From NCBI GenBank assembly GCA_964035545.1, contig OZ037770.1, positions 7,016,729 through 7,080,728 of the forward strand: 64,000 bases of DNA, in the 5' to 3' direction. Shown piece by piece: positions 13,001 through 27,400 of the stretch. This stretch comes from Bugula neritina. Lineage: Eukaryota; Animalia; Bryozoa. Below the pieces are notes generated by a model. It saw only the letters and a list, made by a program, of their open reading frames with translations. It was not told where the DNA came from and searched no databases. Positions within the stretch are counted from its first letter, which is position 1. Each line of letters opens with the position of its first letter. The translations under genes and the position numbers were made by a program.

Positions 13001-14950
13001 TTTCAATATGTTGCAGTATATTTCAGTATGTTCCTTATGTTTCAGTATGTTACAGTATGTTTTAGTATTTTTCAGTATATTTCACTGTCTCACAGTGTAT
13101 TTCAAAATGTTACAGTGTAATTTAGTATGTTGCAGTATGTTGCAGTATATTTCAGTCTGTTGCAGTATAATTCAGTGTGTTGCGGTATGTTTCAATGTGT
13201 AGCAAGGTGTTTCAATATGTACAGTGCATTTCAAGTTTTTACAGTGTTTTTTAGTAGGTTGCAGTATGTTGCAGTATATCACAGTGTATTTCAGTATGTT
13301 GCAGTTTCTTGCGTCATATTTCAATATGTTGCAGTATATTTCAATGTGTTGCAGGGTATTTCAATATGTTACAGTGTATTTCATTCTTTTACAGTGTTTT
13401 TCAGTAGGTTGCAGTCTTCTGCAGTATGTCACAGTGTATTTCAGTATGTTACAGTGTATTTCATTATGTTGCAGTATGTTACAGTACATTTTCGTATATT
13501 ACACTATACTTCAGCGAGTTGTGGTGTTTCTCGGTATGCTACAGCGTAATTCAGTATGTTGCAGTAATTTTCAATGTGGTACAGTGTTTTTCAGTATAAA
13601 ACCGTATATTTAGGTATTTCGCAGGATAATCCAATGTGTTGCTGTGTGTTTCAGTATGTTACAGTGCATTCAAGTATGTTTTAGTATGTTGCAGTACATT
13701 TCAGTATGTTGCAGTGTACTTATGTGTGTTGCAGTATATCCCTGTGTGTTGCAGGTTATTTCATTGTGTTGCAGGGTATTTCGATATGTTACAGTGTATT
13801 TCAGTATGTTGCAGTATGTTGCAGTGTATTTCAGTATGTTGCAGTATCTTGCAGTATATTTCAGTATATTGCAGTGTATTTTGGTATGTTGCTTATGTTT
13901 CAGTATCTTACAGTATGTTTTAATATTTTGCAGTATATTTCACTGTGATAAAGTGTATTAACATTTTTTAGAGTGCTTTTCAGTAGGTTGCAGTATGTTG
14001 CGGTGTATTTCAGTATGCAACAGTGTGTTTCAGTATGATGCAGTATCTTGAATTATGTTTCAATATGTTGCAGTATATTTCAATTTGTTGCAGTATATTT
14101 CAGTATATTACTGTATATTTAGGTATTTTGCAGTATATTCCAATGTGTTCCAGTGTGTTTCAGTATGTTACAGTGCATTTCAGTATGTTGCAGTGTGTTG
14201 CAGTATATTTCAGTATGTTGCAGGATATTTCAGTGTGTTGCAGTAAATTTCAATGTGTTGCAGGGTAATTCAATATGTTACAGTGTATTTCAGTATCTTG
14301 AAGTATGTTGCAGTGTATTTCAGTATGTTGCAGTATATTTCAGTGTGTTACAGTATATTTCAGTGTGTCACAGTATATTTCAGTATGCTACAGTACATTT
14401 CAGTATATTACACTATATTTCAGTGAGTTGCAGTGTATTTCAGTGTGCTAAAGCAAGTTTTCAGTATGTTTCAGTGTATTTCAGTATGTTGCAGTATGTT
14501 GCAGCATATTTCAGTGTGTTGCAGTATATTTCAATGTGTTGAAGGGTATTTCGATATGTTACAGTGAACTTCAGTATGTTGCAGTATATTTCGGTGTGTT
14601 GCAGCATATTTCAGGGTGTTGCAGTATATTTCAATGTGTTGCAGGGTATTTCACTATGTTACAGTGTATTTCAATATTTTACAGTGTTTTTCAGTATGTT
14701 GCAGTATGTTACAGTACATTTTCGCATATTACACTTTACTTCAGCGAGTTGTGGTGTCTCTTAGTACGCTACAGCGTAATTCAGTATGTTGCAGTATTTT
14801 TCAATGTGTTACAGTATATTTCAGTATATTACCGTAATTTGAGGTATTTTGCAGTATTTTCCAATGTGTTGCAATGTGTTTCAGTATGTTACAGTGCATT
14901 TCAGTATGTTGCAGTATGTTGCAGTATATTTCAGTATGTTGCAGGGTATT
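13001..14950 (+). repeat. About 1.9-kb block duplicated from about 7164-9110 (offset 5837), related to part of the 3225-bp unit
   Basis: ORF pairs 7290/13127, 7807/13644, 8316/14153 and 8699/14536. Shared markers ATAAAACCGT and GCTAAAGCAAG. Confidence 0.88.
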
Positions 14951-17900
14951 TCGATATGTTACAGTGTATTTCAGTATGTTGCAGTATGTTGCAGTGTATT
15001 TCAGTATATTGCAGTGTATTTCAGTATGTTTCAGGATATTTCAGTGTGTTGCAGTATATTTCAATGTGTTGCAGGGTAATTCAGTATGTTACAGTGTATT
15101 TCAGTATGTTGCAGTATGTTGCAGTGTATTTCAGTATGTTACAGTGTATTTCAGTATGTTGCAGTATCTTGAATTGTATTTCAATATGTTGCAGTATATT
15201 TCAATGTGTTGCAGTATATTTCAGTATATTACCGTATATTTAGGTATTTTGCAGTATATTCCAATGTGTTCCAGTGTGTTTCAGTATGTTACAGTGCATT
15301 TCAGTATGTTGCAGTATGTTGCAGTATATTTCGGTATGTTGCAGGATTTTACAGTGTGTTGCAGTAGATTTCAATGTGTTGCAGGGTAATTCAATATGTT
15401 ACAGTGTATTTCAGTATCTTACAGTATGTGGCAGTGTATTTCAGTATGTTGCAGTGTTTTTCAGTATGTTGCAGTATCTTCCAGGATATTTCAGTATGTT
15501 GCAGTATATTTCAGTATGTTGCTTATGTTTCAGTATGTTACAGTATGTTTTAGTAATTTTCAGTATATTTCACTGTCTCACAGTGTATTTCAAAATGTTA
15601 CAGTGTAATTTAGTATGTTGCAGTATGTTGCAGTATATTTCAGTCTGTTGCAGTATAATTCAGTGTGTTGCGGTATGTTTCAATGTGTAGCACGGTGTTT
15701 CAATATGTACAGTGCATTTCAAGTTTTTACAGTGTTTTTTAGTAGGTTGCAGTATGTTGCAGTATATCACAGTGTATTTCAGTATGTTGCAGTTTCTTGC
15801 GTCATTTTTCAATATGTTGCAGTATATTTCAATGTGTTGCAGGTTATTTCAATATGTTACAGTGTATTTCATTCTTTTACAGTGTTTTTCAGTAGGTTGC
15901 AGTCTTCTGCAGTATGTCACAGTGTATTTCAGTATGTTACAGTGTATTTCATTATGTTGCAGTATGTTACAGTACATTTTCGTATATTACACTATACTTC
16001 AGCGAGTTGTGGTGTTTCTCGGTATGCTACAGCGTAATTCAGTATGTTGCAGTAATTTTCAATGTGGTACAGTATTTTTTAGTATAAAACCGTATATTTA
16101 GGTATTTCGCAGGATAATCCAATGTGTTGCTGTGTGTTTCAGTATGTTACAGTGTATTCAAGTATTTTTCAGTATGTTGCAGTACATTTCAGTATGTTGC
16201 AGTGTACTTATGTGTGTTGCAGTATATCCCTGTGTGTTGCAGGTTATTTCATTGTGTTGCAGGGTATTTCGATATGTTACAGTGTATTTCAGTATGTTGC
16301 AGTATGTTGCAGTGTATTTCAGTATGTTGCAGTATCTTGCAGTATATTTCAGTATATTGCAGTGTATTTTGGTATGTTGCTTATGTTTCAGTATCTTACA
16401 GTATGTTTTAATATTTTGCAGTATATTTCACTGAGTTAAAATGTATTAACATTTTTTAGAGTGCTTTTCAGTAGGTTGCAGTATGTTGCGGTGTATTTCA
16501 GTATGCAACAGTGTGTTTCAGTATGATGCAGTATCTTGAATTATGTTTCAATATGTTGCAGTATATTTCAATTTGTTGCAGTATATTTCAGTATATTACT
16601 GTATATTTAGGTATTTTGCAGTATATTCCAATGTGTTCCAGTGTGTTTCAGTATGTTACAGTGCATTTCAGTATGTTGCAGTGTGTTGCAGTATATTTCA
16701 GTATGTTGCAGGATATTTCAGTGTGTTGCAGTAAATTTCAATGTGTTGCAGGGTAATTCAATATGTTACAGTGTATTTCAGTATCTTGAATTATGTTGCA
16801 GTGTATTTCAGTATGTTGCAGTATATTTCAGTGTGTTACAGTATATTTCAGTGTGTCACAGTATATTTCAGTATGTTACAGTACATTTCAGTATATTACA
16901 CTATATCTCAGTGAGTTGCAGTGTATTTCAGTGTGCTAAAGCAAGTTTTCAGTATGTTACAGTGTATTTCAGTATGTTGCAGTATGTTGCAGCATATTTC
17001 AGTGTGTTGCAATATATTTCAATGTGTTGAAGGGTATTTCGATATGTTACAGTGAACTTCAGTATGTTGCAGTATATTTCGGTGTGTTGCAGCATATTTC
17101 AGGGTGTTGCAGTATATTTCAATGTGTTGCAGGGTATTTCAATATGTTACAGTGTATTTCAATATTTTACAGTGTTTTTCAGTATGTTGCAGTATGTTAC
17201 AGTACATTTTCGCATATTACACTTTACTTCAGCGAGTTGTGGTGTCTCTTAGTACGCTACAGCGTAATTCAGTATGTTGCAGTGTTTTTCAATGTGTTAC
17301 AGTATATTTCAGTATATTACCGTAATTTGAGGTATTTTGCAGTATTTTCCAATGTGTTGCAATGTGTTTCAGTATGTTACAGTGCATTTCAGTATGTTGC
17401 AGTATGTTGCAGTATATTTCAGTATGTTGCAGGGTATTTAGATATGTTACAGTGTATTTCAGTATGTTGCAGTATGTTGCAGTGTATTTCAGTATGTTGC
17501 AGTGTATTTCAGTATGTTGCAGTATCTTGTAGTATATTTCAGTATGTTGCAGCGTGTTTCGGGATGTTGCTTATGTTTCAGTATGTTACAGTATGTTTTA
17601 GTATTTTGCAGTATATTTCACTGTGTTACAGTGTGTTTCAATATTTTACAGTGTTTTTCAGTAGGTTGCAGTATGTTGCAGTATGTTGCAGTATACTTCA
17701 GTATGTTGCAGTATATTTCGGTGTGTTGCAGCATATTTCAGTGTGTTGCAGTATATTTCAATGTGTTGCAGGGTATTTCGATATGTTACAGTGAACTTCA
17801 GTATGTTGCAGTATCATTCAGTATCTTGCTTATTTTTCAGTGTGTTTTAGTATGTTTAAGTATTTTGCAGTATATTTCACTGTGTTAAAGTATATTTCGA

Positions 17901-20900
17901 TATTTTACAGTGTTTTTCAGTAGGTTGCAGTATGTTGCAGTGTATTTCAGTATGCAACAGTGTATTTCAGTATGATGCAGTATCTTAAATTATGTTTCAA
18001 TATGTTGCAATATATTTCAATGTGTTGCAGTATATTTCAGTATATTACCGTATATTGAGGTATTTTGCAGTATTTTCCAATGTGTTGCAATGTGTTTCAG
18101 TATGTTGCAGTGCATTTCAGTATTTTGCAGTATGTTGCAGTATATTTCAGTATGTTGCAGTATATTTCAGTGTGTTGCAGTATATTTCAATGTGTTGCAA
18201 AGTGTTTCAATATGTACAGTGTATTTTAAGTTTTTACAGTGTTTTTTAGTAGGTTGCAGTATGTTGCAGTATGTAGCAGTGTTTTTCAGTATGTCACAGT
18301 GTATATCAGTATGTTGCAGTTTCTTGCGTTATATTACAATATGTTGCAGTATATTTCAATGTGTTGCAGGGTATTTCAGTATGTTGCAGAAGTTTTCAAT
18401 GTGTTACTGTATATTTCAGTAGTTTACCATATATTTCGGTATCTTGCAGTATATTTCAGTATGTTGCAGTATATTTCGGTATGTTGCTTATGTTTCAGTA
18501 TGTTACAGTATGTTTTAGTATTTTGCAGTATATTTCACTGTGTTACACTGTATTTCTATATTTTATAGTGTTTTTCAGTAGGTTGCAGTATGTTGCAGTA
18601 TGTTGCTGTGTATTTCATTATGTCACGGTGTATTTTAGTATGTTGCAGTATCTTGCATTATATTTCAATGTGTTGCAGTATATTTTAATGTGTCGAAGTA
18701 TATTTCATTATGCTGCCGATTGTTTCAGTGTGTTGCAGTATATTTCACTGTGTTACAGTGTGATTCAATATGTTGCAGTATATTTCAGTATGTTGCATAT
18801 GATTCAGTATGTTACAGCATGTTTTAGTATTTTGCAGTATATTTCACTCTGTTACAGTGTATTTCAATATTTTACAGTGTTTTTCAGTAGGTTGCAGTAT
18901 GTTGCAGTGTATTTCAGTATGCCACAGTGTATTTCAGTATGTTGCAGTGTCTTGAATTAAATTTCAATATGTTGCAGTATATTTCAATGTGTTGCAGTAT
19001 ATTTCAGTATATTACCGTATCTTTAGTTATTCTGCAGTATATTCCAATGTGTCCCAGTGTGTTTCAGTATGTTACAGTGCATTTAAGTATATTGCAGTAT
19101 GTTGCAGTATATTTCGGTATGTTGCAGGATATTTCAGTGTGTTGCAGTATATTTCAATGTGTTGCAGGGTAATTCAGTATGTTACAGTGTATTTCAGTAT
19201 GTTGCAGTATGTTGCAGTTTATTTCAGTATGTTGCAGTGTATTTCAGTATGTTGCAGTATCTTGTAGTATATTTCAGTATGTTGCAGTGTGTTTCGGGAT
19301 GTTGCTTATGTTTCAGTATGTTACAGTATGTTTTAGTATTTTGCAGTATATTTCACTGTGTTACAGTGTGTTTCAATATTTTACAGTGTTTTTCAGTAGG
19401 TTGCAGTATGTTGCAGTATGTTGCAGTATACTTCAGTATGTTGCAGTATATTTCGGTGTGTTGCAGCATATTTCAGTGTGTTGCAGTATATTTCAATGTG
19501 TTGCAGGGTATTTCGATATGTTACAGTGAACTTCAGTATGTTGCAGTATCATTCAGTATCTTGCTTATTTTTCAGTGTGTTTTAGTATGTTTAAGTATTT
19601 TGCAGTATATTTCACTGTGTTAAAGTATATTTCGATATTTTACAGTGTTTTTCAGTAGGTTGCAGTATGTTGCAGTGTATTTCAGTATGCAACAGTGTAT
19701 TTCAGTATGATGCAGTATCTTAATTTATGTTTCAATATGTTGCAATATATTTCAATGTGTTGCAGTATATTTCAGTATATTACCGTATATTGAGGTATTT
19801 TGCAGTATTTTCCAATGTGTTGCAATGTGTTTCAGTATGTTGCAGTGCATTTCAGTATGTTGCAGTATGTTGCAGTATATTTCAGTATGTTGCAGTATAT
19901 TTCAGTGTGTTGCAGTATATTTCAATGTGTTGCAAAGTGTTTCAATATGTACAGTGTATTTTAAGTTTTTACAGTGTTTTTTAGTAGGTTGCAGTATGTT
20001 GCAGTATGTAGCAGTGTTTTTCAGTATGTCACAGTGTATATCAGTATGTTGCAGTTTCTTGCGTTATATTACAATATGTTGCAGTATATTTCAATGTGTT
20101 GCAGGGTATTTCAGTATGTTCCAGAAGTTTTCAATGTGTTACTGTATATTTCAGTAGTTTACCATATATTTCGGTATCTTGCAGTATATTTCAGTATGTT
20201 GCAGTATATTTCGGTATGTTGCTTATGTTTCAGTATGTTACAGTATGTTTTAGTATTTTGCAGTATATTTCACTGTGTTACACTGTATTTCTATATTTTA
20301 TAGTGTTTTTCAGTAGGTTGCAGTATGTTGCAGTATGTTGCTGTGTATTTCATTATGTCACGGTGTATTTTAGTATGTTGCAGTATCTTGCAATATATTT
20401 CAATGTGTTGCAGTATATTTTACTGTGTCGAAGTATATTTCAGTGTGTTGCCGATTGTTTGAGTGTGTTGCAGTATATTTCACTGTGTTACAGTGTAATT
20501 CAATATGTTGCAGTATATTTCAGTATGTTGCATATGATTCAGTATGTTACAGTATGTTTTAGTATTTTGCAGTATATTTCACTCTGTTACAGTGTATTTC
20601 AATATTTTACAGTGTTTTTCAGTAGGTTGCAGTATGTTGCAGTGTATTTCAGTATGCCACAGTGTATTTCAGTATGTTGCAGTGTCTTGAATTAAATTTC
20701 AATATGTTGCAGTATATTTCAATGTGTTGCAGTATATTTCAGTATATTACCGTATCTTTAGTTATTCTGCAGTATATTCCAATGTGTCCCAGTGTGTTTC
20801 AGTATGTTACAGTGCATTTAAGTATATTGCAGTATGTTGCAGCATATTTTGGTATGTTGCAGGATATTTCAGTGTGTTGCAGTATATTTTAATGTGTTGC

Positions 20901-23900
20901 AGGGTAATTCAGTATGTTACAGTGTATTTCAGTATCTTGCAGTATGTTGCAGTGTATTTCAGTATGTTACAGTGTATTTCAGTATGTTGCAGTATCTTGC
21001 AGTATATTTTAGTATATTGCGGTATATTTTAGTATGTTGCTTATGTTTTAGTATATTACAGTATGTTTTAGTGTTTTGCAGTATATTTCACTGCGTTACA
21101 GTGTATTTCAATATTTTACAGTGTTTTTCAGTGTATTTCAGTATGTTGCAGTTTCTTGCGTTATATTTCAATATGTTGCAGTATATTTCAATGCGTTGCA
21201 GGGTATTTCAATATGTTACAGTGTATTTCATTCTTTTACAGTGTTTTTCAGTATGTTGCAGTATTCTGCAGCGTATTTCAGTATGTTGTAGTGTATTTCA
21301 GGATGTTGCAGTATCTTGAATTGTATTTCAATATGTTGCAGTATATTTCAGTATGTTCCTTATGTTTCAGTATGTTACAGTATGTTTTAGTATTTTTCAG
21401 TATATTTCACTGTCTCACAGTGTATTTCAAAATGTTACAGTGTAATTTAGTATGTTGCAGTATGTTGCAGTATATTTCAGTCTGTTGCAGTATAATTCAG
21501 TGTGTTGCGGTATGTTTCAATGTGTAGCAAGGTGTTTCAATATGTACAGTGCATTTCAAGTTTTTACAGTGTTTTTTAGTAGGTTGCAGTATGTTGCAGT
21601 ATATCACAGTGTATTTCAGTATGTTGCAGTTTCTTGCGTCATATTTCAATATGTTGCAGTATATTTCAATGTGTTGCAGGGTATTTCAATATGTTACAGT
21701 GTATTTCATTCTTTTACAGTGTTTTTCAGTAGGTTGCAGTCTTCTGCAGTATGTCACAGTGTATTTCAGTATGTTACAGTGTATTTCATTATGTTGCAGT
21801 ATGTTACAGTACATTTTCGTATATTACACTATACTTCAGCGAGTTGTGGTGTTTCTCGGTATGCTACAGCGTAATTCAGTATGTTGCAGTAATTTTCAAT
21901 GTGGTACAGTGTTTTTCAGTATAAAACCGTATATTTAGGTATTTCGCAGGATAATCCAATGTGTTGCTGTGTGTTTCAGTATGTTACAGTGCATTCAAGT
22001 ATGTTTTAGTATGTTGCAGTACATTTCAGTATGTTGCAGTGTACTTATGTGTGTTGCAGTATATCCCTGTGTGTTGCAGGTTATTTCATTGTGTTGCAGG
22101 GTATTTCGATATGTTACAGTGTATTTCAGTATGTTGCAGTATGTTGCAGTGTATTTCAGTATGTTGCAGTATCTTGCAGTATATTTCAGTATATTGCAGT
22201 GTATTTTGGTATGTTGCTTATGTTTCAGTATCTTACAGTATGTTTTAATATTTTGCAGTATATTTCACTGTGATAAAGTGTATTAACATTTTTTAGAGTG
22301 CTTTTCAGTAGGTTGCAGTATGTTGCGGTGTATTTCAGTATGCAACAGTGTGTTTCAGTATGATGCAGTATCTTGAATTATGTTTCAATATGTTGCAGTA
22401 TATTTCAATTTGTTGCAGTATATTTCAGTATATTACTGTATATTTAGGTATTTTGCAGTATATTCCAATGTGTTCCAGTGTGTTTCAGTATGTTACAGTG
22501 CATTTCAGTATGTTGCAGTGTGTTGCAGTATATTTCAGTATGTTGCAGGATATTTCAGTGTGTTGCAGTAAATTTCAATGTGTTGCAGGGTAATTCAATA
22601 TGTTACAGTGTATTTCAGTATCTTGAAGTATGTTGCAGTGTATTTCAGTATGTTGCAGTATATTTCAGTGTGTTACAGTATATTTCAGTGTGTCACAGTA
22701 TATTTCAGTATGCTACAGTACATTTCAGTATATTACACTATATTTCAGTGAGTTGCAGTGTATTTCAGTGTGCTAAAGCAAGTTTTCAGTATGTTTCAGT
22801 GTATTTCAGTATGTTGCAGTATGTTGCAGCATATTTCAGTGTGTTGCAGTATATTTCAATGTGTTGAAGGGTATTTCGATATGTTACAGTGAACTTCAGT
22901 ATGTTGCAGTATATTTCGGTGTGTTGCAGCATATTTCAGGGTGTTGCAGTATATTTCAATGTGTTGCAGGGTATTTCACTATGTTACAGTGTATTTCAAT
23001 ATTTTACAGTGTTTTTCAGTATGTTGCAGTATGTTACAGTACATTTTCGCATATTACACTTTACTTCAGCGAGTTGTGGTGTCTCTTAGTACGCTACAGC
23101 GTAATTCAGTATGTTGCAGTATTTTTCAATGTGTTACAGTATATTTCAGTATATTACCGTAATTTGAGGTATTTTGCAGTATTTTCCAATGTGTTGCAAT
23201 GTGTTTCAGTATGTTACAGTGCATTTCAGTATGTTGCAGTATGTTGCAGTATATTTCAGTATGTTGCAGGGTATGTAGATATGTTACAGTGTATTTCAGT
23301 ATGTTGCAGTATGTTGCAGTGTATTTCAGTTTGTTGCAGTGTATTTCAGTATGTTGCAGTATCTTGTAGTATATTTCAGTATGTTGCAGTGTGTTTCGGG
23401 ATGTTGCTTATGTTTCAGTATGTTACAGTATGTTTTAGTATTTTGCAGTATATTTCACTGTGTTACAGTGTGTTTCAATATTTTACAGTGTTTTTCAGTA
23501 GGTTGCAGTATGTTGCAGTATGTTGCAGTATACTTCAGTATGTTGCAGTATATTTCGGTGTGTTGCAGCATATTTCAGTGTGTTGCAGTATATTTCAATG
23601 TGTTGCAGGGTATTTCGATATGTTACAGTGAACTTCAGTATGTTGCAGTATCATTCAGTATCTTGCTTATTTTTCAGTGTGTTTTAGTATGTTTAAGTAT
23701 TTTGCAGTATATTTCACTCTGTTACAGTGTATTTCAATATTTTACAGTGTTTTTCAGTAGGTTGCAGTATGTTGCAGTGTATTTCAGTATGCCACAGTGT
23801 ATTTCAGTATGTTGCAGTGTCTTGAATTAAATTTCAATATGTTGCAGTATATTTCAATGTGTTGCAGTATATTTCAGTATATTACCGTATCTTTAGTTAT

Positions 23901-24479
23901 TCTGCAGTATATTCCAATGTGTCCCAGTGTGTTTCAGTATGTTACAGTGCATTTAAGTATATTGCAGTATGTTGCAGTATATTTCGGTATGTTGCAGGAT
24001 ATTTCAGTGTGTTGCAGTATATTTCAATGTGTTGCAGGGTAATTCAGTATGTTACAGTGTATTTCAGTATCTTGCAGTATGTTGCAGTGTATTTCAGTAT
24101 GTTACAGTGTATTTCAGTATGTTGCAGTATCTTGCAGTATATTTTAGTATATTGCGGTATATTTTAGTATGTTGCTTATGTTTTAGTATATTACAGTATG
24201 TTTTAGTGTTTTGCAGTATATTTCACTGTGTTACAGTGTATTTCAATATTTTACAGTGTTTTTCAGTGTATTTCAGTATGTTGCAGTTTCTTGCGTTATA
24301 TTTCAATATGTTGCAGTATATTTCAATGCGTTGCAGGGTATTTCAATATGTTACAGTGTATCTCATTCTTTTACAGTGTTTTTCAGTATGTTACAGTATT
24401 CTGCAGCGTATTTCAGTATGTTGTAGTGTATTTCAGGATGTTGCAGTATCTTGAATTGTATTTCAATATGTTGCAGTAT

Positions 24480-27400
24480 ATTTCAGTATGTTGCCTATGT
24501 TTCAGTATGTTACAGTATGTTTTAGTATTTTTCAGTATATTTCACTGTCTCACAGTGTATTTCAAAATGTTACAGTGTAATTTAGTATGTTGCAGTATGT
24601 TGCAGTATATTTCAGTCTGTTGCAGTATAATTCAGTGTGTTGCGGTATGTTTCAATGTGTAGCAAGGTGTTCAAATATGTACAGTGCATTTCAAGTTTTT
24701 ACAGTGTTTTTTAGTAGGTTGCAGCATGTTGCAGTATATCACAGTGTATTTCAGTATGTTGCAGTTTCTTGCGTCATATTTCAATATGTTGCGGTATATT
24801 TCAATGTGTTGCAGGGTATTTCAATATGTTACAGTGTATTTCATTCTTTTACAGTGTTTTTCAGTAGGTTGCAGTCTTCTGCAGTATGTCACAGTGTATT
24901 TCAGTTTGTTACAGTGTATTTCATTATGTTGCAGTATGTTACAGTACAGTTTCGTATATTACACTATACTTCAGCGAGTTGTGGTGTTTCTCGGTATGCT
25001 ACAGCGTAATTCAGTATGTTGCAGTAATTTTCAATGTGTTACAGTATTTTTCAGTATAAAACCGTATATTTAGGTATTTCGCAGCATAATCCAATGTGTT
25101 GCTGTGTGTTTCAGTATGTTACAGTGCATTTAAGTATGTTTCAGTATGTTGCAGTATATTTCAGTATGTTGCAGTGTACTTATGTGTGTTGCAGTATATC
25201 CCTGTGTGTTGCAGGTTATTTCATTGTGTTGCAGGGTATTTCGATATGTTACAGTGTATTTCAGTATGTTGCAGTATGTTGCAGTGTATTTCAGTATGTT
25301 GCAGTATCTTGCAGTATATTTCGGTATGTTGCTTATGTTTCAGTATGTTACAGTATGTTTTAGTATTTTGCAGTATATTTCTCCGTGTTACACTGTATTT
25401 CTATATTTTATAGTGTTTTTCAGTAGGTTGCAGTATGTTGCAGTATGTTGCTGTGTATTTCATTATGTCACGGTGTATTTTAGTATGTTGCAGTATCTTG
25501 CATTATATTTCAATGTGTTGCAGTATATTTTAATGTGTCGAAGTATATTTCAGTATGTTGCCGATTGTTTCAGTGTGTTGCAGTATATTTCACTGTGTTA
25601 CAGTGTAATTCAATATGTTGCAGTATATTTCAGTATGTTGCATATGATTCAGTATGTTACAGTATGTTTTAGTATTTTGCAGTATATTTCACTCTGTTAC
25701 AGTGTATTTCAATATTTTACAGTGTTTTTCAGTAGGTTGCAGTATGTTGCAGTGTATTTCAGTATGCCACAGTGTATTTCAGTATGTTGCAGTGTCTTGA
25801 ATTAAATTTCAATATGTTGCAGTATATTTCAATGTGTTGCAGTATATTTCAGTATATTACCGTATCTTTAGTTATTATGCAGTATATTCCAATGTGTCCC
25901 AGTGTATTTCCGTATGTTACAGTGCATTTAAGTATATTGCAGTATATTGCATTATATTTCAATATGTTGCAGTATATTTTAATAAGTCGAAGTATATTTC
26001 AGAATGTTGCCGATTGTTTCAGTGTGTTGCAGTATATTTCACTGTGTTACAGTGTATTTCAAAATGTTACAGTGCATTTAAGTATATTGCAGTATGTTGC
26101 AGTATATTTCGGTAAGTTGCAGGATATTTCAGTGTGTTGCAGGGTAATTCAGTATGTTACAGTGTATTTCAGTATCTTGCAGTATGTTGCAGTGTATTTC
26201 AGTATGTTACAGTGTATTTCAGTATGTTGCAGTATCTTGCAGTATATTTTAGTATATTGCGGTATATTTTAGTATGTTGCTTATGTTTTAGTATATTACA
26301 GTATGTTTTAGTGTTTTGCAGTATATTTCACTGTGTTACAGTGTATTTCAATATTTTACAGTGTTTTTCATTGTATTTCAGTATGTTGCAGTTTCTTGCG
26401 TTATATTTCAATATGTTGCAGTATATTTCAATGCGTTGCAGGGTATTTCAATATGTTACAGTGTATTTCATTCTTTTACAGTGTTTTTCAGTAGGTTGCA
26501 GTATGTTGCAGTTTATTTCAGTATGCCACAGTGTATTTCAGTATGTTGCAGTATCTTGAATTAAATTTCAAAATGTTGCAGTATATTTCAATGTGTTGCA
26601 GTATATTTCAGTATATTACCGTATATTTAGTTATTCTGCAGTATATTCCAATGTGTTCCGGTGTGTTTCAGTATGTTACAGTGCATTTAAGTATTTTGCA
26701 GTATATTGCATTATATTTCAATATGTTGCAGTATATTTTAATAAGTCGATGTATATTTCAGTATGTTGCCGATTGTTTCAGTGTGTTGCAGTATATTTCA
26801 CTGTGTTACAGTGTATTTCAAAATGTTACAGTGCATTTAAGTATATTGCAGTATGTTGCAGTATATTTCAATATGTTGCAGGATATTTCAGTGTGTTGCA
26901 GTATATTTCAATGTGTTGCAGGGTAGTTCAGTATGTTACAGTATATTTCAGTATCTTGCAGTATGTTGCAGTGTATTTCAGTATGTTATAGTGTATTTCA
27001 GTATGTTGCAGTATCTTGCAGTATATTTTAGTATAATGCGGTATATTTTAGTATGTTGCTTATGTTTCAGTATATCACAGTTAGTTTTAGTGTTTTGCAG
27101 TATATTTCACTGTGTTACAGTGTATTTCAATATTTTACAGTGTTTTTCAGTGTATTTCAGTATGTTGCAGTTTCTTGGGTTATATTTCAATATGTTGCAG
27201 TATATTTCAATGTGTTGCAGGGTATTTCAATATGTTACACTGTACTTCATTCTTTTACAGTGTTTTTCAATAGGTTGCAGTATTCTGCAGTATGTCACAG
27301 TGTATTTCAGTATGTTACAGTGTATTTCATTATGTTGCAGTATGTTACAGTACATTTTCGCATATTACACTATACTTCAGCAACTTGTGGTGTCTCTCAG

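Larger units (their letters stand above)
6460..23350 (+). repeat. Higher-order tandem duplication, period 8325 bp, about 2 near-identical copies
   Basis: ORFs from 6549 to 14616 have near-identical twins 8325 bp downstream (6549/14874, 8699/17024, 11771/20096, 14616/22941). Confidence 0.95.
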
